Assembly (NCBI RefSeq): GCF_006345805.1
Contig: NC_042999.1
Coordinates: 52,204,001 to 52,268,000, forward strand
Length of the DNA stretch: 64,000 bases
Reading direction: 5' to 3'
Origin: Octopus sinensis
Taxonomy: Eukaryota
Shown here: in pieces, positions 40,030 through 52,945 of the stretch
Layout of the letters: each line of letters opens with the position of its first letter
How positions within the stretch are numbered: the first letter of the stretch is position 1
Notes under the pieces: model-generated
What the model was told of the DNA's origin: nothing
Databases searched by the model: none
What the model saw: only the letters and a program-made list of their open reading frames with translations
Made by a program: the position numbers and the translations under genes

Positions 40030-43000
40030 TGGAATACATCCAATCAAAAACAAACATAACAGAAGATGACATAAAAACAAACAATCACCCATACACAACA
40101 CCACCAGAACACATCAAAATATTACACATCTCCAAAAGTCTGCACCACACACTCAAAGGCATTTTCCCCAGCGCGGTTGGTAAATGCCAAAAATATCTCA
40201 CAAAGAAACTGTACTGGGATCTCCTCGAGGACAAACCAAAGGAGGAGAAAGCAAAAACTTTCGAGCAGTAAGTAACCCTCTGTTCCTTTCACTTGTATTC
40301 TAATTCATTAGGACTATGATCAAGATTGGTTGTGTAAATGCGCGTGGCTTGGGGTCCCCTTGGAAACAAGGGTACCTCTTAAACGACATAAAGTCACATA
40401 AGTTAGAAATCATAGCCATAAGCGAGACCAGACTCCACAATCCGCGGGCCCTAAAGACCATGTTTGGCGGACAGTTCAACATTTATTTTGCCCCCTGTCT
40501 GCCGAGAATGGGCGGTAGTGGCACCGCGGTACTTTTTCACAAGAGTCTGGATCTCAAAGTAAGGATAATATTCGTAGACCCGGAGGGTAGACTGGTCGTC
40601 CTGGATGTCGACGGCAGCAATGGGTGCGCTTTTCGACTCGTATCAGTCTACGCACCGCCCTTAACAGGTCGGGCGGATTTCTTTCAACGTCTAGAAGTAT
40701 TCTTGGGAACGTCTCGTCCTTTACTCTTAGTGGGGGATTGGAATGCTACCTTGGACACGCATGTAGACTACGTGGGTAGAGATAGGAATAGACGGGGATG
40801 CAAATGCCTCAGAGACCTGCTCAGACGCTTTCAACTGTCTGACAGGTTCCGACTAGACCACCCGAATGCGCCAACGTGGACATGGAGCAACCGCATCGGG
40901 TCGTCGAGATCGTATCTAGATAGGATACTGTGTAGGACAGTAGACAGAGATAGCATAGGATGTCCACAATTCCACATAGTCAGTTACACGGATCACAAAC
41001 TTGTGACATGTACGCTAGACTTAGGTAAGACACTTAGGCAGGATCCCGGATACTGGAAACTAAACGCGTCTTTCCCATCGAGACAGGTTTTCAGAGACCG
41101 GATTAGCACACTAGTAAAGAGGGCTTTGACGGGAGCCATCATCAACAACAAATGGTGGTTTGCCCTCAAGAGAGCAGTAAAAGCAGAAGCGATTAGGTAC
41201 AGCAAAGCACTAGCCATAGATAGAAATAGAGTAGAGGGTGAGCTAGTTAAGAAGCTAGAAGAGGCAATTAGAAGCGGCATCGCATCCGACGTTTTGGCGG
41301 CGAGGTTGGCCCTCGACCAACACTTCAACGCCAAACACGAAGGATGTGCTGTCAGAGCTAGGATGCGTGCTCTAAGGAACGAAGGTGTTGGAGCCGCGAG
41401 AGAGGCCCGGGTGGCAGAGGCGCAACAGGGCAACAAAGCCACCATTCGGTCTCTGGTAGATGAACAGGGGCGCGAATTGCTCGAGCCAAGTAAAATGTGT
41501 GAGGCCTTTCAGCAGCATTTTGCCCGACTGTTCGGAACGAGTGGAGGGCAAGAACGTAGGGTGGACTTCAGTGCCTACCTACATAGCCTACCACGACTCT
41601 CGACAAGAAAGGCAGGGTGCTGCGAAGGTGCCATCACGGCGGCGGAAGTGCAGGAAGCGATGGCAGAATGCTCGAGGGACAAATCACCGGGTTTGGATGG
41701 TCTACCCTACGAGCTTTACAATTGTATGCCAGACTTGTTTGGGGATCTCTTGGCGGCGGTGTACTGCAACTGGCAGCAAAACGGGAGCATTCCTGGTTTT
41801 GTGAGCCGAGGAGCCGTAACACTGCTGAAGAAAGATCTAAACAAGGGAAATGTAATAGATAACTTTAGGCCCATCACTCTGCTTAATGCAGACTTGAAAA
41901 TTTTGGCCAAGGTGCTAGCCAAGAGGTTGGCGCTTGTCATCGAGAAACTGGTCGACAGGGCGCAAACATGCGCCGTGCCAGGCCGGACCATCCATGACAA
42001 CCTCCACCTGATGCGCTACATCATAGACAGGGTAGTTAACGAACCTGGCATGGGTGGGGCGCTGATCGATTTGGATCAATCGAAAGCTTTCGATAGGGTG
42101 GACCATCGATACTTGGAGGCGGTCCCTCGGAGCGGGGCTTCGGTCCCGTACAGAGGCATCCGTTCGGTAATTCGCGTGAATGGACATCTATCGAGACCCT
42201 TCGACATCGCACGTTCGGTCCGTCAGGGATGCCCCCTCTCATCGCTTCTATACGTATTGACTCTCGAGCCATTATTGCGGAAGCTGGCAACCTTGAGAGG
42301 CATCCCGCGAGAACTGGGATGCGGGACGAGCGTGTCTGCATACGCGGACGACGTCACCGTCATAGTGTCTAGCCACGAGCACATCGAGCAGGTCGGCGAT
42401 ACACTGAAAAACTACGAAGCGGCGACAGGAGCGAAAATCAACCGGGAAAAGTCAGTGGGCTTGCGACTAGGCACCTGGAGAAGCAAGCCCATGCCGTCCA
42501 CCAGCGCCTCCGTCGTGGGACGCTGGACCGACGGCCCGGTTGAGTTGCTCGGGGTCTGGTTTGGTCCGGACCTCCAAAGAGAGAAGAACTGGAACGAGAT
42601 AACGAGTAGGGTGGTCACTCTCGCCCGGCAATGGGCCGAGAGGAAACTGTCCCTAAAAAGGTCGGGCGGAGGTGGCGAACTCGTACATCGCGTCCGTCAT
42701 CTACTACCGCCTGACCGTCGTACCTTGTCCCGACCCTACCATCACCAAACTACAACGCATTCTCTTTCGCTTCTTGTGGAAAGGATGCGTCCCGATGGTC
42801 AGGCGATCCATTTGCTATCAACACCCGTTTAAAAGGAGGGCTGGGCATGCCGTGGTTGATGATGCGCAGACACGCGCTGAGACTGCGACATCTCTGGCTC
42901 TATGTAGACGATGGTGAACAGGTGTGGTCGCCGTTTGTGAGGCACGCTTTCCGCAGCTCGTCTCCATGACCGAACTGCAGTCGTGGATCAAAAAGAGGCG

Positions 43001-43407
43001 AGACGGGACGGGCGAATGGCACCGCGAGTGTCGCGTTGCTCTCAAGCAACTCTGCCGTCCTGGGTCGACCTTGAGTGACTTCACACAACCAAAGCATTCT
43101 ATAGGGGTTTAGTGGAGGGGAGGTACGACGACGAGCTCGGGGCGAACCTGGACGTCGACGAGGAGTACCTGACCCGCCTGTTCAGGACGACTTTCGGGCC
43201 AGGGCCCATGGACAACTTCCAGAGATCCCTGGCCTGGCAGTGCTACCGAGAAGCGCTACCCGTTCGGGATAAGCTCTACAGACACGGCTCGAGAAACACG
43301 GGGCCGACTTGCCCGAGATGCGGTCAGAGCGACGAAATTGTTCTGCACGCACTCGTGCAGTGTCCAACAATTTCCGACCTGTGGGCTTATGTCGAACAAC
43401 TGCTGTC
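40030..43407 (+). mobile_element. Tx1/L1-clade non-LTR retrotransposon (possible ORF1 tail, ORF2, 3'-truncated)
   Basis: ORF2 domains in order APE, RT, CCHC; GC- and CpG-rich relative to the flanks; the 5' boundary and ORF1 remnant are tentative. Confidence 0.85.
40316..42832 (+). CDS. Tx1-like ORF2: APE endonuclease + reverse transcriptase (true frame lost near 42660; continues in shifted frames to the CCHC at about 43310-43365)
   Basis: NARGL, SET, GDWN, SYLDR and TDH (APE); KSPGLDG, FRPITLLN, DQSKAFDRV, QGCPLS and YADDV (RT); CPRCGQSDEIVLHALVQC downstream. Confidence 0.9.
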   Translation: MIKIGCVNARGLGSPWKQGYLLNDIKSHKLEIIAISETRLHNPRALKTMFGGQFNIYFAPCLPRMGGSGTAVLFHKSLDLKVRIIFVDPEGRLVVLDVDGSNGCAFRLVSVYAPPLTGRADFFQRLEVFLGTSRPLLLVGDWNATLDTHVDYVGRDRNRRGCKCLRDLLRRFQLSDRFRLDHPNAPTWTWSNRIGSSRSYLDRILCRTVDRDSIGCPQFHIVSYTDHKLVTCTLDLGKTLRQDPGYWKLNASFPSRQVFRDRISTLVKRALTGAIINNKWWFALKRAVKAEAIRYSKALAIDRNRVEGELVKKLEEAIRSGIASDVLAARLALDQHFNAKHEGCAVRARMRALRNEGVGAAREARVAEAQQGNKATIRSLVDEQGRELLEPSKMCEAFQQHFARLFGTSGGQERRVDFSAYLHSLPRLSTRKAGCCEGAITAAEVQEAMAECSRDKSPGLDGLPYELYNCMPDLFGDLLAAVYCNWQQNGSIPGFVSRGAVTLLKKDLNKGNVIDNFRPITLLNADLKILAKVLAKRLALVIEKLVDRAQTCAVPGRTIHDNLHLMRYIIDRVVNEPGMGGALIDLDQSKAFDRVDHRYLEAVPRSGASVPYRGIRSVIRVNGHLSRPFDIARSVRQGCPLSSLLYVLTLEPLLRKLATLRGIPRELGCGTSVSAYADDVTVIVSSHEHIEQVGDTLKNYEAATGAKINREKSVGLRLGTWRSKPMPSTSASVVGRWTDGPVELLGVWFGPDLQREKNWNEITSRVVTLARQWAERKLSLKRSGGGGELVHRVRHLLPPDRRTLSRPYHHQTTTHSLSLLVERMRPDGQAIHLLSTPV

Positions 43408-44472
43408 ACTGTGAGTCATCAATGCATTTCACTTGTTAAATTTTTACTGATGTTAATCAGTAAGTTTATCCAAACAAAGCCTTTGGTCATTACATTTATG
43501 ATCTCATTATTCAATATGGATGGTCTGGCTTTTCAAAGATGTTCCAGACATGTTATAACGAGCATCGTAGTGAAATTCTAGGCAGGAACCTTTACATATC
43601 CCTTCAGTATGTTGTCATAGCTTAATCAGTCATGGTTTAGATTTCTTAATAAACTTATTTTATATACTTTTTGTTTTCCATCTGATTTTTTTTTATCAGA
43701 AAAAAGTTTAAAAAGGAAATACTAAGAATAAAGACTAAGAATTTTGATAATTTTTAAAACTTACGTCTATATGTACGCTTAATGGGATCACTCAAGTGTT
43801 AGGATTTGTGGCCCATATATGGAAAGTCTGTTTCTCTAAGTAAGTTTCCATTATATCTAATTTCTATTATATCTGTGGCGGTAATTCGAAACACCAGCCG
43901 TTAGATAATCAGTCAGAAACCACGTACAAACCATCACAGTTTCATGTAACCGGTCATATATGGTCTTCTTGCCAGGTCTTTCTTGTATACTATAAAAGAC
44001 TGTTTCATGGTTCGATTAATTGCAGAGTGTTAAAGGTGGATGAGTGATATGCGCTTTCACTCTTGCCATCAGATGGTTCCAGACGTTTACGCAGACGGCA
44101 AAGGTTAAGGACCTATGTTACCACGAAGATTCACGCAATTGACTTCTTAAACTTTTGGGTCGACCGCATGTTGTGACACAGATAGCTTTCTATAGTTTCC
44201 GAGCAGTCTGTCTCTCTTCCAGTCAGTATATATTTATGTTGTACATTGTAAATATATTTATGTCCGGCAATGAATATTCAGTTAAATGTTTGCGAGTTGC
44301 TTCAATCATCATTAACACATCCAACGGAATATATCTTCACTGGTCAGCTCAATTCGAGCGGTAAGCAATTGGTAGTACAACAATTACTTTTAATAACGTA
44401 AATTCAACTTTGTGGGAGAACAGCTGAAGTGATTTTGCGATAGAAATATGTTCTGATTAAAATATATGACTT

Positions 44473-44625
44473 CTATAAGGCTGAGGCAGATTTCACAATG
44501 AGGGCGATCACAATTTTTGACTACCAGGGTTGTGTTTTTAGTGAGTAACTGGCTATAGGCTGAGCAGATTTCACAATGAGGGCGATCACAATTTTTGACT
44601 ACCAGGGTTGTGTTTTTAGTGAGTA
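44473..44625 (+). repeat. Tandem duplication of ~78 bp
   Basis: cagatttcacaatgagggcgatcacaatttttgactaccagggttgtgtttttagtgagta present twice. Confidence 0.9.
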
Positions 44626-44724
44626 GTTCTCTCTAAACTAAATATGATTTGAAAGCCACAGTTGGTTTCATAAGTAGCCACTGTGTATATAAATGCCAAC
44701 CTTAACGCAACCAGTGATTAACAT

Positions 44725-44755
<31 letters not shown>

Positions 44756-45634
44756 CGCGCGCGCGTGTGTGTGCGTGTGCGTGTGTGCGTGTGTAATTGC
44801 ACTTTGCTACATCATCTGACTCACAAGATTCCTGCAGATATTCTATCGCTACTGGACGATTGCAATTGGGTTTCTGATTGCATTGTGACAATCGATTTTC
44901 TTGTTTCGTATTTTCTTGTACTTTATTTATCTTTTGCTGTCGAAGGATTACAGATAATTTATTCTATGAATATCAAATAGAACACAAGATTTCAAGGTGA
45001 CTATTTATTCGATAATTAGGAAATAAAACAACATCCAAAACGGCCAAACCCATTATAGTTCTTCTAGAAAAGAATCGGAACCAAATTTTGAACAGAAAAT
45101 AAGATCTTTTATATGTTATAGCAATTTCTTTCCGTTCAGATGAATAGCGTTTTGCTTGTTAAATAAATCTTAATTTTTGTCCATGCTCTTAAAACTCAAT
45201 TTATTCTCTAATCTCATAATTATGCTGGTTTATTGGATATGTGTTCATGTTATTGTCATTTTGTGTCGATGAATTTACATCGAATAAAGCAGCTGAGCAT
45301 TGTACGTAAACGTTAACCTTTCAAGCAAACATCAGCTTTACACAACCGAATAGATTGGAGACATACAAGTGCATAAATGGATGAGAGGAGAATCGGCGGT
45401 AACACCACTGGACTGATTGTGTAGTTACTAACTTTGAATTGGTGTGTAACATAGTTGACCTCAGTGAAATTTGAATTAAGTGTGTGGAAGACCGGAATGA
45501 ATAACGCGCGACAATCTATCCGACGAACTAACGGATCTACCACTTTATTTACATTGCAGGTTTGTGTGTGAATTAGAATAATCATACATGAGGAAGAGTG
45601 ATAGATACTCCAGTGGCTATGTAAACTAATCTTC

Positions 45635-45914
45635 GACAGTGTAGAGCTTCTCTTCCTGCTGTGTTTAGGAGGTTTAAAGTGAGAGTCTGTCCTGGGTGTG
45701 ATTTGAAACTGCATCCGTTTATAAACAGAGTAACAAATGATTTCTTACTGAATCGATTTTCTGTCATTCAGTCTGACAGTGTAGAGCTTCTCTTCCTGCT
45801 GTGTTTAGGAGGTTTAAAGTGAGAGTCTGTCCTGGGTGTGATTTGAAACTGCATCCGTTATAAAACAGAGTAACAAATGATTTCTTACTGAATCGATTTT
45901 CTGTCATTCAGTCT
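45635..45914 (+). repeat. Tandem duplication of 140 bp
   Basis: 45635-45774 vs 45775-45914; they differ only at ccgtttataaac / ccgttataaaac. Confidence 0.95.
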
Positions 45915-46312
45915 TACGTTAAAATCATGTTGAAAACTTAATTTTTGTGATTGAATCAAACCGTAATCGATGACTAGATGTATAATTTAGTGAGTTAAAC
46001 TGAACGCGAGATAAACGAAATGGAATGATGGCCCCGATGTGGGGTCGATCTAGGAAAATATATTGAGATCGTTACTCAGTGCTTTAATGTAGTTATCTGA
46101 AGTGAATGAATTATTTGAAGATGGCTAAATAGTATAAAGTCGCCATCAATATTTGCCTTTATTAATGTGAGATCGCTTCCACATCAAAGCAATCATTTCG
46201 TTTCATTTACCGCCCATCCAGTTTAACGCTGTAAATGATGCCTTTCGTCATCGATTACTTATCGATTCAATCTCAAAAAGTGAGTCGTTGACAGAATCTG
46301 AATCTGAAACTG

Positions 46313-46427
46313 GTAAAATTTGAACTCAGAAGGTGAAGACGGACGGAATACCGCTAACTGTTTTGTCCGGCGTGCTAACTATTCTGACACTTTACTGCAG
46401 CTACTGTTGCTTTCTCTATTGCTGCTG

Positions 46428-46498
<71 letters not shown>

Positions 46499-46776
46499 GG
46501 TTTCAAATTTTGCCACAAGGGCGGCTATTTTTTGGGGGGAGGGGACAAGTCGATTATATCGACCCCAATGTGTAACTGGTACTTAATTTATCGACCCCCG
46601 AAAGGATGAAAGGCAAAGTCGACCTTGGTGGAATTTGAGCTCAGGTGGTAAAGACGGACAAAATACCGCTAAGCATTTCGCCAGCTCGCCGCTTTGATGT
46701 AGTCGTGATGGGATTATTGGGCTTTGTATATTTGAACCCCAGTGTCACTTTGATGACATGCACTGCTCTCTCATAC

Positions 46777-46822
<46 letters not shown>

Positions 46823-47469
46823 TAAGATCTGGAAATAGAGGTAACTCGAATGTCGAGCCTAAAAAACAGAAATAATTCCCCACATAGTTGGCGCAGTAGG
46901 TAAGATAAAAAAAACAACTTTCAGACGAATAGATAACAAAAACACCAGGACATGCAAGTATATATAACGTACAGAAAATAGCGCTACTAAGCACCTTACA
47001 CATCCTACGTAAAACACTTTCAATACAGTGAAAACAAACCACAGCACATACCCAAGGCACACAGAGCTGCGCGCTCGGTAGTGCAGTGAAAGCACGTGTT
47101 AAAAAGAAGACAACTGAATAATAATAATAATCGTTCTTATTATAGGCACAAGACCTGAAGTTTGTAGGGGGAGGCAAGTCGAAAAAGTTCGACCTCAATA
47201 TGCAGCTGCTACTTAATTTATCGACCCCGAAAGGATGAAAGGCAAAGTCGACCTCGGCGGAATTTGAACTCAGAAAATAGCAGCAGACGTAATACCTATT
47301 TCTTTCGATTATATCGACCCCAGTGCGTAACAGGTACTTATTTAATTGACCCCGAAAGGATGAAAGGCATAGTCGACCTCGGCGGAATTTGAACTCAGAA
47401 TGTAACGACAGACGTTTATAGTGCTAAGCGTTTCACCCGGTGTGCTAACGATTCTGCCAGCTCACTGCC

Positions 47470-47470
<1 letters not shown>
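46313..47470 (-). mobile_element. Cluster of at least four partial SINE family A copies interleaved with (TAA)n/(CTA)n tracts
   Basis: Core gaaaggatgaaaggca(a/t)agtcgacc at about 46600, 47229 and 47353; head fragment at 46313-46386. Confidence 0.85.
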
Positions 47471-47526
<56 letters not shown>

Positions 47527-47548
47527 TAATAATAATAATAATAATAAT

Positions 47549-47598
<50 letters not shown>

Positions 47599-47605
47599 CA
47601 ACAAT
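47470..47605. repeat. (TAA)n microsatellite
   Basis: Directly visible. Confidence 0.95.
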
Positions 47606-47613
47606 AACACCAC

Positions 47614-48180
47614 CACCAGCTGTTCGACATAACCCCACGAGTTATCAATGCCTGGACATTGAACGAGGGTGTGCAGAAGAGTTTCTTCACTCTCCGTGCA
47701 CCCCGGACAAGCCCGTCTGACAGCACATTCGTGCCTGTAGTGTTTATCTCCAACCGGTAGCGACCCCCGGTTGTACTGCCAGGCTAACGACATCTGAAAA
47801 TTATCCATGATCGTTCCCAACAAGAAAGTCTTCCGGAACAGAGTATCCAGTTCGTACTTGTCGGCGCTCAGTGTCTCCCCGAGAACGTCGTCGCACTTCT
47901 CCGTCACTAACCCTCTATAAATTTCTAAAGCGGAACATTCACCAATTCCATTACACGACTGGTAGAGGGCTGTGAGTATCTGACGGCATTCTAGATGCCA
48001 GGCGCCCAGTCTCAGTCTTTTCTTCACTCAGGACTGCAGCTCCATCAAGGACATGAGCTACGAAAAGTCGAGCCTCACAAACGAAGCGCAGACACGCTCA
48101 CTCTTCAGAAATCGTTGTAGGTGGCGTAACCTACGATTGTGTCTACGCATTAGTAGCCACGGCATACCCAATCCGCCACT
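47614..48180 (-). pseudogene. Second Tx1-like ORF2 fragment (C-terminal region with CCHC)
   Basis: LGMPWLLMRRH..MDNFQMSLAWQ..CPGCTESEETLLHTLVQC..WGYVEQL is homologous to 42840-43400. Confidence 0.85.
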
Positions 48181-48369
48181 CAGTTGTATTTTTATTGTTC
48201 CTTTTACGATTAGTTGTGAGTAGGTTCATTATCTATAAAAGGAACTGTATTTTGTTCGAAGTCATTCTAAATTATGATCCCCCCCCCGTCTACCACAAGC
48301 TACAGGTAAATAACGAAATATTTTATTATCGAAATAAGCGAAACCTGGTTTCATGAGTGAAGTACTTTT

Positions 48370-48530
48370 TGAAAAGTTACCTGACGATGCTCATCTTACC
48401 GACTAATGCATCACACCCAGTTGTACAGAATGTCACCTACGACAGTCTGATACACGATGGGTCGAAACGATCGTTGTGATTAATAAAGAAACTCTTGAAT
48501 TCCATTTTATCTTTCTCTCATATGTTACTT
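48370..48530 (+). mobile_element. Possible PLE pseudo-LTR remnant with eroded hammerhead (48433-48479)
   Basis: tcac-CT(-)ACGA..gtc-GAAAC-gatc-GT-t-gtga followed by aataaa and (TATG)n. Confidence 0.35.
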
Positions 48531-48682
48531 ATGTATGTATGTATGTATGTATGTATGTATGTATGTATGTATGTATGTATGTATGTATGTATGCATGCAT
48601 GTATGTATGTATGTATGTATATATCTATCTATCTATCAATCTATCTATCTATCTAGCTATCCCTTTCTCTCTCTCTGTCTAG

Positions 48683-48713
<31 letters not shown>

Positions 48714-48734
48714 TGTATGTATGTATGTATGTAT

Positions 48735-48880
48735 GGCGGGCTTTCACACAGTTTCCGTCTACCCAATACACTAACTATAACTCTTGGAGTTATAGTAGAA
48801 GGCACTTACCTAAGGTTTCGTGCATTGAGACTTATATCAAAACCACGTCGTTTCGGGTTGTTAACTGCGTAGCTATTACT
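48735..48880 (-). mobile_element. Diverged SINE family B fragment
   Basis: gggctttcacacagtttccgtctacc..tatagtagaaggcacttacctaagg resembles 14125-14200. Confidence 0.55.
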
Positions 48881-51256
48881 TCGCTTACTGAAACAATGAA
48901 AAAACGAATCTCGTTTTATCATGCATGAAATGTGAAAACACGTGCTAACTCTTTGAACGATTTTGAAATGAGGAATTTTAATAGCATATTTAAATCGCGG
49001 ACAGCTCCTGCACACTATTGATGGTCTAACCTCAAAAGATTGCTTCATATACCTGTACAACAGATCATAGAGCCTGCCTTTTGAAAGCTCATCTTGATTG
49101 AAACAGGATCTTGGAATGGCAACACTCTGACGTTAGATGAGGATTCTTTTTCTGCACCTGTTCGCCATCTATTCATTAGGAATTTTGGCATAATCACTAG
49201 AACAACATGACTCAAGACATACTGTATCACTTAAAGTAGTTAAAAATCCAAATATCTGATTTTCACAGAAAATTGTTGGGGCCAATGGAAAAAAACACAG
49301 AAGTAGCTAAAATAATAATTCTACACACAATTTTCCAAAGACTAACCAACACAGAAAGGAAGGAAAATGCACTAGTGGAATAGAAATAACTGAATGTGCC
49401 GCAAAAGATACTTAGTATTGCAACTGTAATCCTTCAAATGACAATTCCTCAAACGATTAAATAAATCGAATCGTATCAACACTTGACTCTAATAATCACA
49501 GCCGAAAAATGAAACTGAAGTCCTGATAATTGTGACTTAAAACTCATGTCTTCGAATTAGACATTGCAGGAGATAGTTCCACAGCCGTAAATTTGCATGT
49601 GTGGAAAATATGATGAAAACATTGATCGCACGCTGACTGGATGTCTTTACAGATACCTGAAAATGATGTGGCAGTTAGCTGATCGATTCGGCACCGGTAC
49701 TTGACTTGTTCTTTATAGATTCAGGAAGGAGGAAAACTCGAGGCGAGAGTTCAAATTAGATCGTAAATAGCCGTAACTAAATATCTCACAGAATTTTGTA
49801 CCCTACTCTAATGAGTCCATCAAACATTAATAAGACTTGAAATAAATTCTGAGTAGATTGAAGATGTAGCATATCCCTTGCTGAACTCGTTCTCAACTGA
49901 AACCATGGAGGGTTCTACCACGAGAATACAGGTGCCAAGATGGGCTCCAATAGTGCCATCTTGATTGACGGTTACCACGAGGTTCACAATTTCTTTCAAA
50001 CAGTACCCCCTAGATCTAAGTAATATGTTTCATTTAAATTTATCGTTCTACATCATTCTCCAGTGAGCAGCTCAGACCCATCAATTATTTTGAACCATTT
50101 CTCTTCACGCGATTGTCTTGTCAACCGACTTCATGCCCAGCTTTTTCACTTCGTTTTCACGTCAGAATTTTTGGCCATTTTTTCACATAGAATGTTGTAA
50201 TAATTGCTACTCTGTCGAATAATTATTCCAGCTGACTTTTATACATTTAGGTTTTGCCACTACTCGTGGATGAGAAGATAAAGATTACTACCCAGTTAGA
50301 GAAAATTGCTCTACCAAACCACAGTACAACGTTAAGGACAGTAATAGGTGATGTAAAATGTAATGTTTAATGTAAGTACGTGTGGCGGTCAGTATGATGA
50401 GTTTTGTGTTCAGGGTAGTAATTTCTGGGTATGGGTCGGGTTCCTATTAAAAACGATTTCCTTTCAGTTTTGTGGAAGTTTATCCAAAGGAGCTTTTTTT
50501 TCCTTATCTCGATAATCTGGAGTATCAAAGTAATAGATAATACTTATTCAAAGCATTTTGACTACACTCACAGACACGCACGCACAGACACATACACTCA
50601 CACATACACACACACACACACAGATATATAAATGCTTTTCCAACTCGCACATATACACATATAAATCCGCATACATTAATATGTAGGGGTCTATAAAACA
50701 CCGCATACATATGAAACACACAAATACACTAAATCCACCACACACACACACACACGCACACATAAATACGCCCAAACATGCACATCCATGTATATAAACA
50801 TATACACCCATAGCCAAGCACATGTACCCACAACATCTAACTACTACACACCCGCACACATACAGTCACCCTTTGACTTTACACGTATGTGTGTGTCTAT
50901 GTATATAGATTTGCGTGTGTTTGTATGTGTCTATATACATATATATATATATGCATATGTAGATTTGTATATATGTGCATGTGTGTGTTTGTGCATATAT
51001 ATAAGTGAAATGTTAGATTGAAATTACGAAATGAGCCATAAAAACTGTCAAGAAAGACATAAAACGAATTGTGTGAAGTTGTTTGAATGGATCCGACATT
51101 TGCATTAAAACTAAAAATAAACGACAAAGAGAAAGCAGTGAGAGAAAAGTATCTCTTGACAGACACAGATTGAGATTTATGGCATCCTCGCAGTTATATT
51201 AATACAGCGAGTCGTCATGAAACATTGCTGGTCGTAGATCCGCTCATTGTCTTTGT

Positions 51257-51659
51257 TATTGTTGCTGTTGTTGCTGTTGCTGTTGTTGCTGTTGCTGTTG
51301 CTGTTGAGCGAACGGTGTTCGTCTCAGGGCTCTCAAAATGGGAGAAGACCGAATCGTGGTCCTTTGCTATTCGTAAGACCCGCAGAAGAGAAAGCAGGTC
51401 AACTCCCGACACCGAGAGCATCGACGGATGGATGAATGCGCATCCATGCTCAGCGGTTGCGTAGGAAGTCGGGGACAAGAAACAGGAAGAAAGAGTGAGG
51501 GAAAGTTGGAGCGAAAGAGTACAACTGGGATCGCCACCACCCTCTGCCGGAGCCTTGTGGAGCTTTAGGTGTTTTCGCTCAATAAACACACACAACACCC
51601 GGTATGGGAATCGAAACCGCGATCCTCAGACCGCGAGTCCGCTGGGCCAGTGCACCTCC
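51257..51659 (-). mobile_element. SINE family C copy with a small head deletion and (GCAACA)n tail
   Basis: Reverse complement closely matches 17249-17635. Confidence 0.85.
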
Positions 51660-51862
51660 TTGTTGCTGTTGTTGTTGACGTTGCTGGCGTTTTCGTCCAG
51701 ATCAGTACCGAGTCAGCCTGATGAGCAGGACTCAACATACTCCGCCATATGATAGAACTCATTATCGCATCGTTGCGAAATGAAATCCTCACCAATTTGC
51801 CATTATTTCTTGACTGTTCCACAAAACACGCACACACACACACACACGTGCAAAATCACACG

Positions 51863-51938
<76 letters not shown>

Positions 51939-51999
51939 CCAATAGCAGACACGCACACGCACATTAGTTAATGACGGCAAAAGAGTTAGCTAACCATTA

Positions 52000-52092
52000 C
52001 CGGTGGTTAGGTTCTACGTCTCTATAGCTCTATAGTTTCTACGGTTCTATGGCTCTATAGTTTCTACGGCTCTATAGCTTCTATGGCTCTAA
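52000..52092. repeat. Degenerate 9-10-bp minisatellite (ttctacggc/tctatagc)
   Basis: Directly visible. Confidence 0.75.
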
Positions 52093-52509
52093 GGAAGTTA
52101 TAGAATGTTTCACAAACAATCAACTCCGAGTACACTGCATCTTATAAAAACAACAGCTGTTTCTTCTATAAGAAATGAAAATAATTACATAACTCATGTT
52201 CTTTTGTCAGTCATTTATTGATATTACTCTCTGTACTCGCATATTGCGTAAATATATATACAGCATAAGTATATTGAGCCCTAACAACTGATTCTTAGTT
52301 TCATTAATCCTAAGCAAAATTATAACATGTGTATATAAGCGACAAGTCTTTTATTTGGCGTGAGAGGCTCTTTATCGGAAATACGATGAATGATATCCCT
52401 AACTTTGAAGCTATAAACATCAGCCCTGTTAAATAACTGGTTACTCTTCAGATGAATTAACTGTGGGTTACTTTTATTCAAGATAGTAGTGATTTTTGAC
52501 TGACACTTG

Positions 52510-52712
52510 AACTTAGCATGCAGAGAGTTACTACAAACAACAAGGATGGACACATCAACAACAGCACGACCGAGGAACAGAACAAAAACAACAGCTCAAC
52601 AGGTACACGGATTCTTTCTAGCTGTAGTTATAGAAGGAATCGTAAATTCGTAAATACAAAACTCATTTCTCTTGGAGTTATGAATCGAATACTGATTTAT
52701 TTAACTGTTATT
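52510..52712 (+). repeat. Family E interspersed repeat
   Basis: Matches the reverse complement of 26745-26960. Confidence 0.75.
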
Positions 52713-52714
52713 TG

Positions 52715-52911
52715 AAAACTAACAATGCAAACCATCACAGGAACTGTAAAAATCTGTAAAACTTTCAGGAAGTTTGTCATTTAGATATACATGAGCATTC
52801 TAGATATGCGACTATATACATGAGAATACATACACAATACACTAATCTGCACACATACATACATACATACACACACACATACATACATACATACATACAT
52901 ACATACATACA

Positions 52912-52945
<34 letters not shown>

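Noticed and set aside
49900-50330. Penelope RT remnant on the minus strand
   Set aside because: Only a vague G..G.P-like trace needing several frameshifts
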